In this document: positions 9,365 through 18,672 of the stretch, piece after piece
Position numbering within the stretch: the stretch's first letter is position 1
Layout of the letters: each line of letters starts with the position of its first letter
Origin: Clostridia bacterium
GTDB lineage: Bacteria; Bacillota; Clostridia; Christensenellales; UBA1242
Direction: 5' to 3'
Length of the DNA: 24,744 nucleotides
NCBI GenBank assembly: GCA_045638985.1
Contig: JAZUCB010000121.1
Coordinates: 1-24,744 of the forward strand
Notes under the pieces: generated by a model
The model's database searches: none
The model's input: only the letters and a program-made list of their open reading frames with translations
Told to the model about the DNA's origin: nothing
Made by a program: the position numbers and the translations under genes

Positions 9365-10627
9365 TTAAACCAACCCAAATTCCAATTCGCCATTGTTTTC
9401 TTTAATTTCAACATGTTCTCTTTCTGATTGATTAATTGGAGCAGGGTTAGGGTTTGCAAAATCAAACTCGTGAGTTGCTTGCATGGTTTCTAAAAAGTTA
9501 GGAACATCAATGCGAGCAAAGTCAAAATCTTCTGGCAGGTTATAGTTTTTCTTTATATCATTTAATAATGAAATATTATTTGTTTTTAATGCATTTTCTA
9601 AATTCATTAAATTTGATGGGCTCATAGCAAATACGCCCAGTTCGTTGCTTGGGAACTTTTCGTTTAAGCCGTTCTCAGCAAAATCTTTCATGCGAGTAAA
9701 GTTTGGATTATAAACCGGATTATTGGGTTGGTTGGCTTTAAGAGCTTCTTGCAGTTGATGTATTAAAATTCCGTTATAAACGAATTGAGAAAAGTTACCA
9801 GAATCAACAAATCCACTAAGAAACTGATTAACCCCATATCCTCTATAAATAAGATTAGTAAAACAAGAAGTTTCTTTTATAGAATTGCTACTAAAATACT
9901 TAATTTGGTTTTCAATATCCTTATTCCTTAAAGCATCGGTGATGCTAGTTTTTTTCAAATTAAACATATAATCTAAATCAAAGAATGTGTAACCATTTGT
10001 TGAGCTATAATAAATATTTTGAGCGTGCATATCACAATTTTTTAAAGCATAAAGTGAGCAGTAATCAGAAACAAACTTGCTTAAAAATGGCAAATGTGTT
10101 CTGGCGCGATGCTTAGCTATTGCGATATTATATTCTTCTTGCATTTTTTCTGAAGTTATTTTGGATTTTTTCAAATTTGGATTGCAAGCTAAAAGATGTT
10201 GTTGGATGTAAATAGGGGCAAGCGCAGTAACAAAAGAACCCTTTGCTTCTTCTTGAATTTCATAATACAATCTTTCTTTACTCTTTTTAAAAACTTTATC
10301 AGCCGAAGTGAAGTATAGTGGAAGCGCAATATTAATTCCATATTTTTTTAATGCTAATGCTTTGCTTAGAGTTTCTGATTTTCTATATTCGTTACACTCA
10401 GATTTAAGTAATATTTTTCCATCGGTTAGAAAGTGGGCAGATTTAAAAACACCTTGCCCGCATGATGGATTTGACTCTGCTTCGCGAATTAATTCGTTGT
10501 AGTTCTCGGCATAATCTTCATAGGTGGAATAATAGTCAGAAGAAAAAGTGTTGGAACTTTGTTCAACAAATTGATTGTTTTTTATTGTGTTGTGTTTAGT
10601 TAAAAAGTATTCAACAATTTTATTCAT
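9365..10627 (-). CDS. Atypical protein-kinase-like protein, paralog 8 (subfamily B)
   Basis: CGQGVFKSAH, KILLK, YEIQEEAKGS, DMHAQN, GYTFFDL, ends GELEFGLV. Confidence 0.8.
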   Translation of the reverse strand: MNKIVEYFLTKHNTIKNNQFVEQSSNTFSSDYYSTYEDYAENYNELIREAESNPSCGQGVFKSAHFLTDGKILLKSECNEYRKSETLSKALALKKYGINIALPLYFTSADKVFKKSKERLYYEIQEEAKGSFVTALAPIYIQQHLLACNPNLKKSKITSEKMQEEYNIAIAKHRARTHLPFLSKFVSDYCSLYALKNCDMHAQNIYYSSTNGYTFFDLDYMFNLKKTSITDALRNKDIENQIKYFSSNSIKETSCFTNLIYRGYGVNQFLSGFVDSGNFSQFVYNGILIHQLQEALKANQPNNPVYNPNFTRMKDFAENGLNEKFPSNELGVFAMSPSNLMNLENALKTNNISLLNDIKKNYNLPEDFDFARIDVPNFLETMQATHEFDFANPNPAPINQSEREHVEIKENNGELEFGLV

Positions 10628-10670
10628 TTTCCACCTTGTTTTTTTTAAATTTTAAACTTTATTTTTGTTG

Positions 10671-11936
10671 TTAAACCAATCCAAATTCCAATTCACCATT
10701 GTTTTCTTTAACTTCAACATGCTCTCTTTCTGAGTGATTAATTGGGGCAGGGTTAGGGTTTGCAAAATCAAACTCGTGCGTTATTTGCATTGTTTCTAAA
10801 AAGTTAGGAATATCAATGCGAGCAAAATCAAAATCTTTTGGCAGATTATATTCTTCCTTTATTTCATTTAATGCTTGAGTGTTATTTGTTTTTAATGCTT
10901 CTTCTAAGTTCATAAGAGTTGAAGAGTTCATAGCAAACACACACAGTTCGTTGTTTGGAAATATTGAATTTAACTTGTTTTCGGCAAAATCCTTTAGGTG
11001 AGTAAAGTTTGGATTATAAACCTGATTTTCTGGTTGGTTGGCTTTAAATGTTTCTCTAAGTTGGTGCATTAAAATTCCGTTATAAACGAATTGAGAAAAG
11101 TTGCCAGAGTTAACAAAACCACATTGAAATTGATTAACTCCATAACCTCTTAAAATAAGATCATTAAAGCAAGATGTTGCTATTGTTGGCTCAGATATGT
11201 AATATCTAATATGCTTTTCAATGTCTTTTATTTTTTGAGTGTTTGTTATGCTAGATTTTTTTGTTTCAAAATCGAATTCCAGATCAAAAAAGGTGTAACC
11301 ATTGGAGGAGCTATAATAAATATTTTGAGCATGCATATCATCGTTTTGAAGACCATATAATGAACAAAAATTGTAAACAAATTTGCTTAAAAACGGTAAG
11401 TGAGTTTTTGCTCTATGCTTAGCCATTGCTAGGTTATATTCGTTAAATATTTCTTCAGAAGTTTTCTTAGTATCTTTAAGTTTTGGGTTGCAAGCAAATA
11501 GATGCTCTTCTAAAAATGACTCGCCTAATGCGCTAACACATGAACCTTTTGCCTCTTCTTGAATTTCATAATGAGTTATTTTGCCTTTCTTTTTAAAAGC
11601 TGTGTTTGATGATGTGAAAAACAGTGGTAATGCAATGTTTATTCCATATTTTTTCAATAATAAAGCCTTGCTTAGAGTTTCAGATTTTCTATATTCACCA
11701 TAGTTGGATTTTAGTAATATTTTTCCATCAGGCAATAAATGTGCTGTTTTATGTAATCCATGTCCACAAGCAAGATTTTCCTGCTCTTCCACTTGACTAA
11801 TTAGTTTGCAATATTTTGATTTATAATCAGAATATGTTGAGTAAGCATTAGAAAAAGTGTTGGAACTTTGTTCAACAAATTGATTGTTTTTTATTGTGTT
11901 GTGTTTGATTAAAAAGTGTTCAACAATTTTATTCAT
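10671..11936 (-). CDS. Atypical protein-kinase-like protein, paralog 9 (subfamily B)
   Basis: CGHGLHKTAH, KILLK, YEIQEEAKGS, DMHAQN, GYTFFDL, ends GELEFGLV; close paralog of 9365..10627. Confidence 0.8.
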   Translation of the reverse strand: MNKIVEHFLIKHNTIKNNQFVEQSSNTFSNAYSTYSDYKSKYCKLISQVEEQENLACGHGLHKTAHLLPDGKILLKSNYGEYRKSETLSKALLLKKYGINIALPLFFTSSNTAFKKKGKITHYEIQEEAKGSCVSALGESFLEEHLFACNPKLKDTKKTSEEIFNEYNLAMAKHRAKTHLPFLSKFVYNFCSLYGLQNDDMHAQNIYYSSSNGYTFFDLEFDFETKKSSITNTQKIKDIEKHIRYYISEPTIATSCFNDLILRGYGVNQFQCGFVNSGNFSQFVYNGILMHQLRETFKANQPENQVYNPNFTHLKDFAENKLNSIFPNNELCVFAMNSSTLMNLEEALKTNNTQALNEIKEEYNLPKDFDFARIDIPNFLETMQITHEFDFANPNPAPINHSEREHVEVKENNGELEFGLV

Positions 11937-11980
11937 TTTCCACCTTTGGTTTTAATGTTTTTGCTTTAAGTGGCTTGGTT

Positions 11981-13303
11981 TTAAACCATTTCATATTCTA
12001 AATTTCCATCAACGTCGCGAGCTTTAATATACTCTCTAGATGGTGTTTCAGTTGGGGTTGGGTTTGGGTTAGAAAAATCAAACTCGCGAGTTGCTTTCAT
12101 TGTTTCTAAGAAGAATGGAATATCGATGCAAGAGAAATCAAAATCTTCTGGCAAGTTATATTCTTCTTTAATTTCGTCAAGGGAAGTAGAGTTGTTTTCA
12201 AGTAAAGCATTTTCAAGCTTTAATAAATTATTAGGTGATATTAAAATTGCATTGTTTAAAACGGTATTGCTCTTATCGTTTAATTGCGATTCAAGTTTAA
12301 TAGCGCAATCTTTAGCGTGTGGGAAATTTGGGTTATAGCAATCATTTTCTGGAGTGTTGGTTTTCATTGATTCTAGAAGTTGATGTGTTATTATTCCGTT
12401 ATAAACATATTGAGCAAAGCCTCTTTTAAGCGTTGGTTTAGCAATGTGAGAAGGAGTGGAAAGGCCCAAAGCTGAAATCATATAATTCATGAAATCTCGT
12501 TCAATTGTTTCAGAAGAGTAATTTGAATAGTTTTCTAAATTTTCTTTAATCTTTGAAATGGCTTCTGCTTGTTTGAATGTTTCATCATCAAATAAATTGT
12601 TGGTTTGGTCTATATCGAAAAACGTGTAGCCTTTTTGAGAACTATAAAAAACGTTTTCTGTGTGTAAATCTTTAAAACCTAAAATCTTTAATGTGCTGAA
12701 ATCAAACATATAATTTTTAATAAAAGGCATTCCTGTTTTTGCTCTGTGTTTTGTCATGGCAAGATTAAATTGATCTCTAACTTTGCTTTTGTCTAAATCT
12801 TTAAAATATTCTATGTTAATATCATGATTAGCTGAAGTTATGTGTTCAATTAATGAGTCTGCTCTAAGAGATTTAACAAAAGAGCCTTTTGCTTCTTCTT
12901 GAATTTCAAATGAATAATATGGGTGGCTTTTATTAGGGTAAACGCTTGCTTCTGTTGTGAACAAAAGAGGCATTGCAATATTAACTCCAAACTTTTTTAG
13001 CGCTAATGCAATGAAAAAAGCTTGGCCTGGTTTTGCAACTTTTGTGTCGCTTTTTAATAAAATTTTATTTGAATTAATTAAAAATCCTTTTTTATGAACG
13101 CCTTCACCACAAATACATGGTTTTTTGCCAGGATTTTCGCTTTCCATAAGTTCTTTAATGTGGTGAGTGTATTCTTCATTTTGAGAAGCAATTTCATCAT
13201 CTGAAGGAGCGTGGTCTAAACCAAGCAAAGAAAAATCTGATGGTTCGAAGCCACTTTCTTTGTTTTGGGTTTTAAGTTTTAAATATTCTAATATGTTATT
13301 CAT
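11981..13303 (-). CDS. Atypical protein-kinase-like protein, paralog 10 (subfamily B)
   Basis: CGEGVHKKGF, KILLK, FEIQEEAKGS, DLHTEN, GYTFFDI, ends LEYEMV; N-terminus nearly identical to that of 7982..9322. Confidence 0.8.
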   Translation of the reverse strand: MNNILEYLKLKTQNKESGFEPSDFSLLGLDHAPSDDEIASQNEEYTHHIKELMESENPGKKPCICGEGVHKKGFLINSNKILLKSDTKVAKPGQAFFIALALKKFGVNIAMPLLFTTEASVYPNKSHPYYSFEIQEEAKGSFVKSLRADSLIEHITSANHDINIEYFKDLDKSKVRDQFNLAMTKHRAKTGMPFIKNYMFDFSTLKILGFKDLHTENVFYSSQKGYTFFDIDQTNNLFDDETFKQAEAISKIKENLENYSNYSSETIERDFMNYMISALGLSTPSHIAKPTLKRGFAQYVYNGIITHQLLESMKTNTPENDCYNPNFPHAKDCAIKLESQLNDKSNTVLNNAILISPNNLLKLENALLENNSTSLDEIKEEYNLPEDFDFSCIDIPFFLETMKATREFDFSNPNPTPTETPSREYIKARDVDGNLEYEMV

Positions 13304-13360
13304 TTTTCCACCTTGATTTTTTAAATAAATATTTTTATATCTGAGAATTGAATGGGCTCA

Positions 13361-14704
13361 TTAAACCAACCCAAACTCTAATTCGCCATTAACTTCTTTT
13401 AATTCAACGTGTTCTCTGGTTGGGGTTTCAATAGGGGTAGGATTTGGGTTTGCAAAAACAAACTCGTGAGTTGCTTTCATTGTTTCTAAAAAGTATGGAA
13501 CATCAATGCAGTTAAAATCAAAATCATCTGGCAGGTTAAGTTTTTTTGCAATTAAATGCAAAGCAACTTGGTTATTGGTAAGCAAAGCGTTTTCTAAACT
13601 CATCAATGTGTTTGAGCCCATTGCAAAAGTTCCATCATCGCAAATGTCTGATTTGTTAAGTTCTTTTTCTTTCTTTTCTGCAAACTTTTGAACCAATGGT
13701 TTTCTTAAATTATGAGAGCCCAAATCAGTTGCGTGTTTCATTGTTTCAATTGCTTGATGGGCAATAATTCCGTTATAAACATATAAAGGGAAGTTTTCAG
13801 CAGTTAAAACATCATCGGGCTTATATTTATTTGAAACAAGTGTGAATATCATTTGGGTTGCTGTTTTCTCTGGAAAATTAATGCTAGCCCCGTCGCGATA
13901 AATTCCTAATCCGCAAGCAAAGAAATCTCTATAATAATATTCTTCCATTGGTTTAGATGTTTGGCTTATTGCTTTGTTAATCTCATCAACAACGTTTCCA
14001 CTTGGATTGATGTTGTTATCGGTATATTCCAAATCAAAGAAAGTGTAACCCTTTTTAGAACTAAAGAATATGTTTTCATAAAAAACATCTCCATGGTTTA
14101 ATGCTTTTAATGTTCTGAAATCAGAGAAGAATTTGTTCATATGAGGCAAGCCAGTTTTTGCACGGTGCTTTGCCATTTGAGTGTTGTATTGAATTAGTAA
14201 TTCTTTTGCTGTTAATTCTTGCACAGTGCTTGATTTAAATGTTTCAATGTTAAATGCTGCTAAATGCTCTAAAAGAGAGTTTGATCTAAAAGCACTAACA
14301 AACGAACCTTTTGCTTCTTCTTGAATTTGATATGAGTAATCGCCGCAATCAATATTTTTAAGTTCGTTTTCATGAATTTGAAATAAAGGCATTGCAATAT
14401 TTATTCCATATTTTTTAAGAGCAAGTGCTCTATAAAAATTTTCAGATGCCGGGCGAACAACTTTATCTGATTTTAGTAAGATTTTATTGTTGATTCGGTA
14501 TGCACTTTTATCTCTTCCTTCTCCGCATGGTGCTTGGGTGGAGTTTTCAACTTGGTTAACCATTTGAACGTATTCTTCATTTTGCATTGTGATATTGCAA
14601 TTGGTTGGTTGAAACTCATCGCTAAGCATAGAAAAATCAGCAGTTGAAAAACCACCTCTATTTTCTTTTATTGCATTCATTAAAACTTCAAAAGTATTAT
14701 CCAT
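13361..14704 (-). CDS. Atypical protein-kinase-like protein, paralog 11 (subfamily B; catalytic-loop His replaced)
   Basis: CGEGRDKSAY, KILLK, YQIQEEAKGS, HGDVFYEN, GYTFFDL, ends GELEFGLV; RBS GAGGTGG. Confidence 0.8.
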   Translation of the reverse strand: MDNTFEVLMNAIKENRGGFSTADFSMLSDEFQPTNCNITMQNEEYVQMVNQVENSTQAPCGEGRDKSAYRINNKILLKSDKVVRPASENFYRALALKKYGINIAMPLFQIHENELKNIDCGDYSYQIQEEAKGSFVSAFRSNSLLEHLAAFNIETFKSSTVQELTAKELLIQYNTQMAKHRAKTGLPHMNKFFSDFRTLKALNHGDVFYENIFFSSKKGYTFFDLEYTDNNINPSGNVVDEINKAISQTSKPMEEYYYRDFFACGLGIYRDGASINFPEKTATQMIFTLVSNKYKPDDVLTAENFPLYVYNGIIAHQAIETMKHATDLGSHNLRKPLVQKFAEKKEKELNKSDICDDGTFAMGSNTLMSLENALLTNNQVALHLIAKKLNLPDDFDFNCIDVPYFLETMKATHEFVFANPNPTPIETPTREHVELKEVNGELEFGLV

Positions 14705-14748
14705 GTTCCACCTCTAGATAATTTCTTTATTCACATAATATTTATTAT

Positions 14749-14777
14749 ATTATATAATAGCAATAGGGAGATGTCAA
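14749..14777 (-). promoter_or_regulatory. Consensus sigma70/sigmaA promoter, probably driving the left 12-gene kinase operon
   Basis: TTGACA (14777-14772), 17-nt spacer, TATAAT (14754-14749), followed by ATAATAAATATTATGTG. Confidence 0.85.
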
Positions 14778-14903
14778 TAGTGGATTTTTTTATTTAACAT
14801 ATAAAAACCTTTATTTTTGGCTACTTTTTAATAAAAAAAGGTTGGTTTAAAAGTTTTACTAAAATTTAAAAGGTAAATATTCTATTTTTTTATTTTTAAC
14901 CTC

Positions 14904-14932
14904 TTGCACTATGAGCGAAATTATGGTATAAT
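14904..14932 (+). promoter_or_regulatory. Promoter of the tRNA-Glu gene
   Basis: TTGCAC (14904-14909), 17 nt, extended -10 TGgTATAAT (TATAAT at 14927-14932), 22 nt upstream of the tRNA. Confidence 0.75.
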
Positions 14933-14954
14933 TCATTTGTTGTAAAATTAATAT

Positions 14955-15029
14955 GGTCCTATGGTCAAGCGGTTAAGACGTCACCCTCTCACGGTGAAAT
15001 CAGGGGTTCGAGTCCCCTTAGGACTACCA
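14955..15029 (+). tRNA. tRNA-Glu (anticodon CUC)
   Basis: Acceptor stem GGTCCTA/TAGGACT; D arm TGGTCAAGCGGTTAAGAC; anticodon stem TCACC/GGTGA with loop CT-CTC-AC; T arm AGGGGTTCGAGTCCCCT; encoded 3' ACCA; 75 nt. Confidence 0.95.
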
Positions 15030-15038
15030 AACAAAAAT

Positions 15039-15068
15039 AATCCTTATCGCAAGATAGGGATTTTTTGT
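15039..15068 (+). terminator. Intrinsic terminator after tRNA-Glu
   Basis: AATCCTTATC-GCAA-GATAGGGATT hairpin with a GNRA loop, followed by a T run. Confidence 0.85.
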
Positions 15069-15271
15069 TTGGTACTCTTATTTTTTAATTTTTCACTTTT
15101 CACTAACTCGGTTTGTTTTGGGTGAAAAAGTAAAAGTGAAAAGTTGATGTTGACTAAAATTAGAAAACATATAAAAAGAGTTTTGAGAAGAATTAAAAAT
15201 ATTAGTTATAGCAGGTTAATTTGTTTATCAGATTTTTAAAAAGGTGATAAAATTAAATTAATAGGAGAAAA

Positions 15272-15985
15272 ATGATGCTAACTAAAAAGAAAATAGTTAT
15301 TGTGTTAAGTTTAATATTAAGTGTTTGTTTTTTAATAAGTGTAAGCGTTTGGTGTTTTAAAATTATTCCAGAAAAAAATGAAAAACTTAAAATTCAACAA
15401 ATGATCAAACAATATCGAGAAGAAAAACTTAAAACATATGCTGAGGAAAATGCAACGTTTGAGGATTATGAAATTGACGTGGCGTTTTTAGGGGATAGTT
15501 TAACCGATGGATATGGCGTTAAAGAATATTATTCTGAGTTTAAAGTTGCTAATAGAGGAATCAGTGGCGACACAACTTTTGATTTAGAAAAACGATTAGA
15601 AGTTTCTTTGTTTGATTTAAAACCAAAAGTTGCAGTTATGCTAATTGGGGCGAATAACTTTAGAACTATGTTTCAAAACTATGAGAGAATTGTTCAGAAA
15701 ATAACCTCAACTTTGCCAAACACAAAATTGGTGTTGTTATCATTAACTGCAATGGGTGGCAAATGGGGAAAAAACAACGAAATTGCGTGCTTTAACAATG
15801 TTAAAATTAAGTTAGTCGCAGAAAAATACAACTGTGAATTTATAGATTTATTCACTCCATTATTAAACCCAGAAACAAATGAAATTTTTGAAAATTTCAC
15901 TTCTGATGGTGGGCATTTAACCAGCGCTGGTTATGAGGTTTTAACTGCTCAAATCAAGCCGGTTTTAAAGAGTTTAATTGTGTAA
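15272..15985 (+). CDS. SGNH/GDSL-family hydrolase with an N-terminal membrane anchor or signal
   Basis: Block I VAFLGDSLTDG, block II NRGISG, block III IGANN, block V DGGHLTSAGY; hydrophobic N-terminus KKKIVIVLSLILSVCFLISV; RBS AGGAG. Confidence 0.9.
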   Translation: MMLTKKKIVIVLSLILSVCFLISVSVWCFKIIPEKNEKLKIQQMIKQYREEKLKTYAEENATFEDYEIDVAFLGDSLTDGYGVKEYYSEFKVANRGISGDTTFDLEKRLEVSLFDLKPKVAVMLIGANNFRTMFQNYERIVQKITSTLPNTKLVLLSLTAMGGKWGKNNEIACFNNVKIKLVAEKYNCEFIDLFTPLLNPETNEIFENFTSDGGHLTSAGYEVLTAQIKPVLKSLIV

Positions 15986-16048
15986 TTTTTATGAGTTTAA
16001 GTTAAAAACAAATGAAAAAAATAAGAATAATTCAAGATTAATAAAAGA

Positions 16049-16080
16049 AAAAAATCAACTTATAATTTAGTTGATTTTTT
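16049..16080. terminator. Bidirectional intrinsic terminator between the convergent SGNH gene and kinase paralog 12
   Basis: AAAAAATCAACT-TATAATTT-AGTTGATTTTTT, a perfect 12-bp inverted repeat with A and T tracts. Confidence 0.75.
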
Positions 16081-16111
16081 GTTTTGAGCCAGCTTTTTAT
16101 TGTTGGTTTTT

Positions 16112-17350
16112 TTAAACCAATTCATAATCATAATCTCCGTTTTGGGAAATGTTAAGACTTGCGTGGTCTGATGTGTTTTGAGAAGTGTTAGCTTTAGGGG
16201 TTGGGTCTTTATAATCAAATGTGTGAGATAAATGCATTGTTTCTAAGAAGTTTGGAACATCAATGCATGAAAAATCAAAGTCTTTGCCAAGTCCATGTTG
16301 CATGGCGATGCTTTTTAAAACTCCATCATCATTTGAAATTAGTGCTTTTTCAAGAGTTGCAAGTGTTTTAGGATTCATTGCAAAAACCTTTCCAACAAGC
16401 AAGTTTTTGTTTTCATAAAAATCAGCAATAGTTTTTCTGGCAAAAGCCCTTGCGTTTGGAAAAAGTGGATTATAATTTGGGCTTTCTGGAACGTTTGAGT
16501 TCAACATTTTTAAATATTGAAAAAGCAAAACGCCGTTATAAACATATTGAGAAAAATTGTTTTCGTTAGGGGTTTCTGTAAAATCACTTTTGTTTAGACC
16601 AAAAGATGTTGTTAAAAAGGTTGAATAATCATGATCTTCAAAAAAATTGGAGCGTCTTGCTAAACGTTGTTTAACAACTTCTGCAAAGTTTTCGTTTTCA
16701 TTAAAATCGAAATCAAAATGTAAATCAAAAAATTTATAACCATCTTTAGAGCTATAATACACATTTTCTGAGTGTTTGTCTTGAGTGCCTAATTCTGTTA
16801 AAATAACGTAGTCCATAAAGAAATTTTTTAAATGAGGCAATCCTGTTTTTGCGCGATGTTTTGCCATTTGAAGGTTATATGCGTTATTTAATTTTTCTTT
16901 ATCAATCTTTTTAAAATCTAAATTAGGACTGAATGCTGAAAGATATTTAACAAGACTATCTTCATTAATAATTCTAACGTGTGAGCCTTTTGCTTCTTCT
17001 TGAACTTGATATTGAACAGGGTAATCTTCTGATTGAAAGAACCCTTTAAATCTACGAATGTTTTTTTCAGAAGTAAAGAAAACTGGGCAAGCAATATTAA
17101 CCCCCATTTTTTTTAATGCGTTTGCTTTTTTAATAATAGATGGTGGGTCAACTTTATAACTTTTAGTTTTTAGAAGTATATAACCTGGTTTTAAATGATA
17201 TGCTTTTTTATAAAGACCTTCTCCGCATAGTGTTGGGTGTGATTTTTCAAGTTTGCGAATTTCGTTAATAAAATCTATGCTAGAAATATCTTCAGCATTT
17301 TCATGAGTATTTATTAAATTGTTTTTAATTTGCTCTAATATTTTACTCAT
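16112..17350 (-). CDS. Atypical protein-kinase-like protein, paralog 12 (subfamily B)
   Basis: CGEGLYKKAY, YILLK, YQVQEEAKGS, DKHSEN, GYKFFDL, ends DYELV. Start moved from 17371 to ATG 17350, which has GGAG upstream. Confidence 0.8.
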   Translation of the reverse strand: MSKILEQIKNNLINTHENAEDISSIDFINEIRKLEKSHPTLCGEGLYKKAYHLKPGYILLKTKSYKVDPPSIIKKANALKKMGVNIACPVFFTSEKNIRRFKGFFQSEDYPVQYQVQEEAKGSHVRIINEDSLVKYLSAFSPNLDFKKIDKEKLNNAYNLQMAKHRAKTGLPHLKNFFMDYVILTELGTQDKHSENVYYSSKDGYKFFDLHFDFDFNENENFAEVVKQRLARRSNFFEDHDYSTFLTTSFGLNKSDFTETPNENNFSQYVYNGVLLFQYLKMLNSNVPESPNYNPLFPNARAFARKTIADFYENKNLLVGKVFAMNPKTLATLEKALISNDDGVLKSIAMQHGLGKDFDFSCIDVPNFLETMHLSHTFDYKDPTPKANTSQNTSDHASLNISQNGDYDYELV

Positions 17351-17405
17351 TTTTTTCTCCAATAGTTTCAAATTTGAACCTTAAGCCACATATTATTTAT
17401 TATAT

Positions 17406-17434
17406 ATTATACAATATTATTATGTTTTTGTCAA
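17406..17434 (-). promoter_or_regulatory. Consensus promoter of paralog 12
   Basis: TTGACA (17434-17429), 17 nt, TATAAT (17411-17406). Confidence 0.85.
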
Positions 17435-17451
17435 TTTGAAGGGGTTTTGGT

Positions 17452-18591
17452 TTAAACAAACTCAAACTCAGTTCTGTGAATATTTCTATCAACTTTAATA
17501 TGGTCGATGCTAGAGGTTGAGGTTTGAGTGTTTGTTGGATTTGAATAATCAAACTCGTGAGTTAATTTCATTGTTTCTAAAAAGTTCGGAATATCGATGC
17601 AAGAAAAATCAAAGTTTTTGCCTAACTTATATTCATCACGAACTAAATTAAGAGCATCTTCGTTGTTGTTTAATAAGCCTTGCTCTAGTGTAAATAACAT
17701 CATTGGTGGCATTGAAAAATAATTTTCTCTTAAATGTTTGCTATTTTCTAATGTGTATGCAAAATTTCGCGTGTTAGGAAAGTGTGGGTTGTAGCAAGGG
17801 TTTTCGGGAATATTTGCTCTAACTGTTTCGCATAATTGATGTGCAATAACTCCATTATAAACAAATTGGGTGAAGTTTTCGGAAGAGTGTTTCGAAACAT
17901 CAATAGGGCAAATTAACCCATAGCAATCTTGGAGGAATCTATTTAAAGTTGTTTGAGAATCAATAGTTTCGCCACCATCGCTTACGTTTATTATTTGAGA
18001 AGCAATATCTTTATCTGGATTAATTTGCATAAAAGGTGATAAATCAAAAAATGTGTAGCCATTGGTTGATGAATAATAAACATTTTCAGAGTGCATGTCA
18101 CCATTATGAAAAGCGCATAAAGTTAGATAATCGTTTAAGAAATTATTTAAGTGAGGTAGGTGAGTTTTTGCACGATGTTTTGTCATTTCAACATTATAAT
18201 TTTTTGCCAATTTTTTTTGGTTAATAAGTTGTTTTCTTAAAGATGGGTTAAATGCAATAATGTGGGAATATAAACTCTCTTCTCGTGAAACATTAACAAA
18301 AGAACCTTTTGCCTCTTCTTGAACCTCATAAAAGATTAATCTATTGCCTTCTTTTTCAACCTTATCTTGAGATGTGAAAAATTTTGGCAGTGCAATATTC
18401 ACGCCATAATTTTTTAAAGCAATATATCTTTTTATATTTTCAGCAGGTTCAACTGGTGCTTTTCTAGATTTTAGAATAACGTGACCATCTAGGGTGTATC
18501 CAGTTTTTGAGTTTCCTTCTCCACATTTTATTGCTTTTTTTTCTGCTTTTTTTATTAAGTTGATATAAAATTCTTCAAACGCTTCGCTCAT
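17452..18591 (-). CDS. Atypical protein-kinase-like protein, paralog 13 (subfamily B)
   Basis: CGEGNSKTGY, HVILK, YEVQEEAKGS, NGDMHSEN, GYTFFDL, ends EFEFV; RBS AAGGTGG. Confidence 0.8.
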   Translation of the reverse strand: MSEAFEEFYINLIKKAEKKAIKCGEGNSKTGYTLDGHVILKSRKAPVEPAENIKRYIALKNYGVNIALPKFFTSQDKVEKEGNRLIFYEVQEEAKGSFVNVSREESLYSHIIAFNPSLRKQLINQKKLAKNYNVEMTKHRAKTHLPHLNNFLNDYLTLCAFHNGDMHSENVYYSSTNGYTFFDLSPFMQINPDKDIASQIINVSDGGETIDSQTTLNRFLQDCYGLICPIDVSKHSSENFTQFVYNGVIAHQLCETVRANIPENPCYNPHFPNTRNFAYTLENSKHLRENYFSMPPMMLFTLEQGLLNNNEDALNLVRDEYKLGKNFDFSCIDIPNFLETMKLTHEFDYSNPTNTQTSTSSIDHIKVDRNIHRTEFEFV

Positions 18592-18643
18592 TTTTTTCCA
18601 CCTTTATTTTTGAGTTAGCAATTACCCGCATAGTATTTATTAT

Positions 18644-18672
18644 ATTATATAATATAATATTAAATTTGTCAA
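18644..18672 (-). promoter_or_regulatory. Consensus promoter of paralog 13
   Basis: TTGACA (18672-18667), 17 nt, TATAAT (18649-18644). Confidence 0.85.

Noticed and set aside
10308-10502. 64-aa antisense ORF
   Set aside because: Shadow of paralog 8, with no independent support.
8100-13691. Similar antisense ORFs at 8100..8288, 12126..12338 and 13506..13691, considered as possible antitoxin or immunity genes
   Set aside because: They lie opposite the same conserved C-terminal coding segment of paralogs 7, 10 and 11, so their similarity follows from the sense-strand homology. Most paralogs have no equivalent.
14473-14655. 60-aa alternative-frame ORF in paralog 11
   Set aside because: Nested in the 5' part of a real gene, with no homology evident.
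15694-15900. 68-aa antisense ORF
   Set aside because: Shadow of the SGNH hydrolase gene.
18036-18224. 62-aa antisense ORF
   Set aside because: Shadow of the catalytic region of paralog 13.
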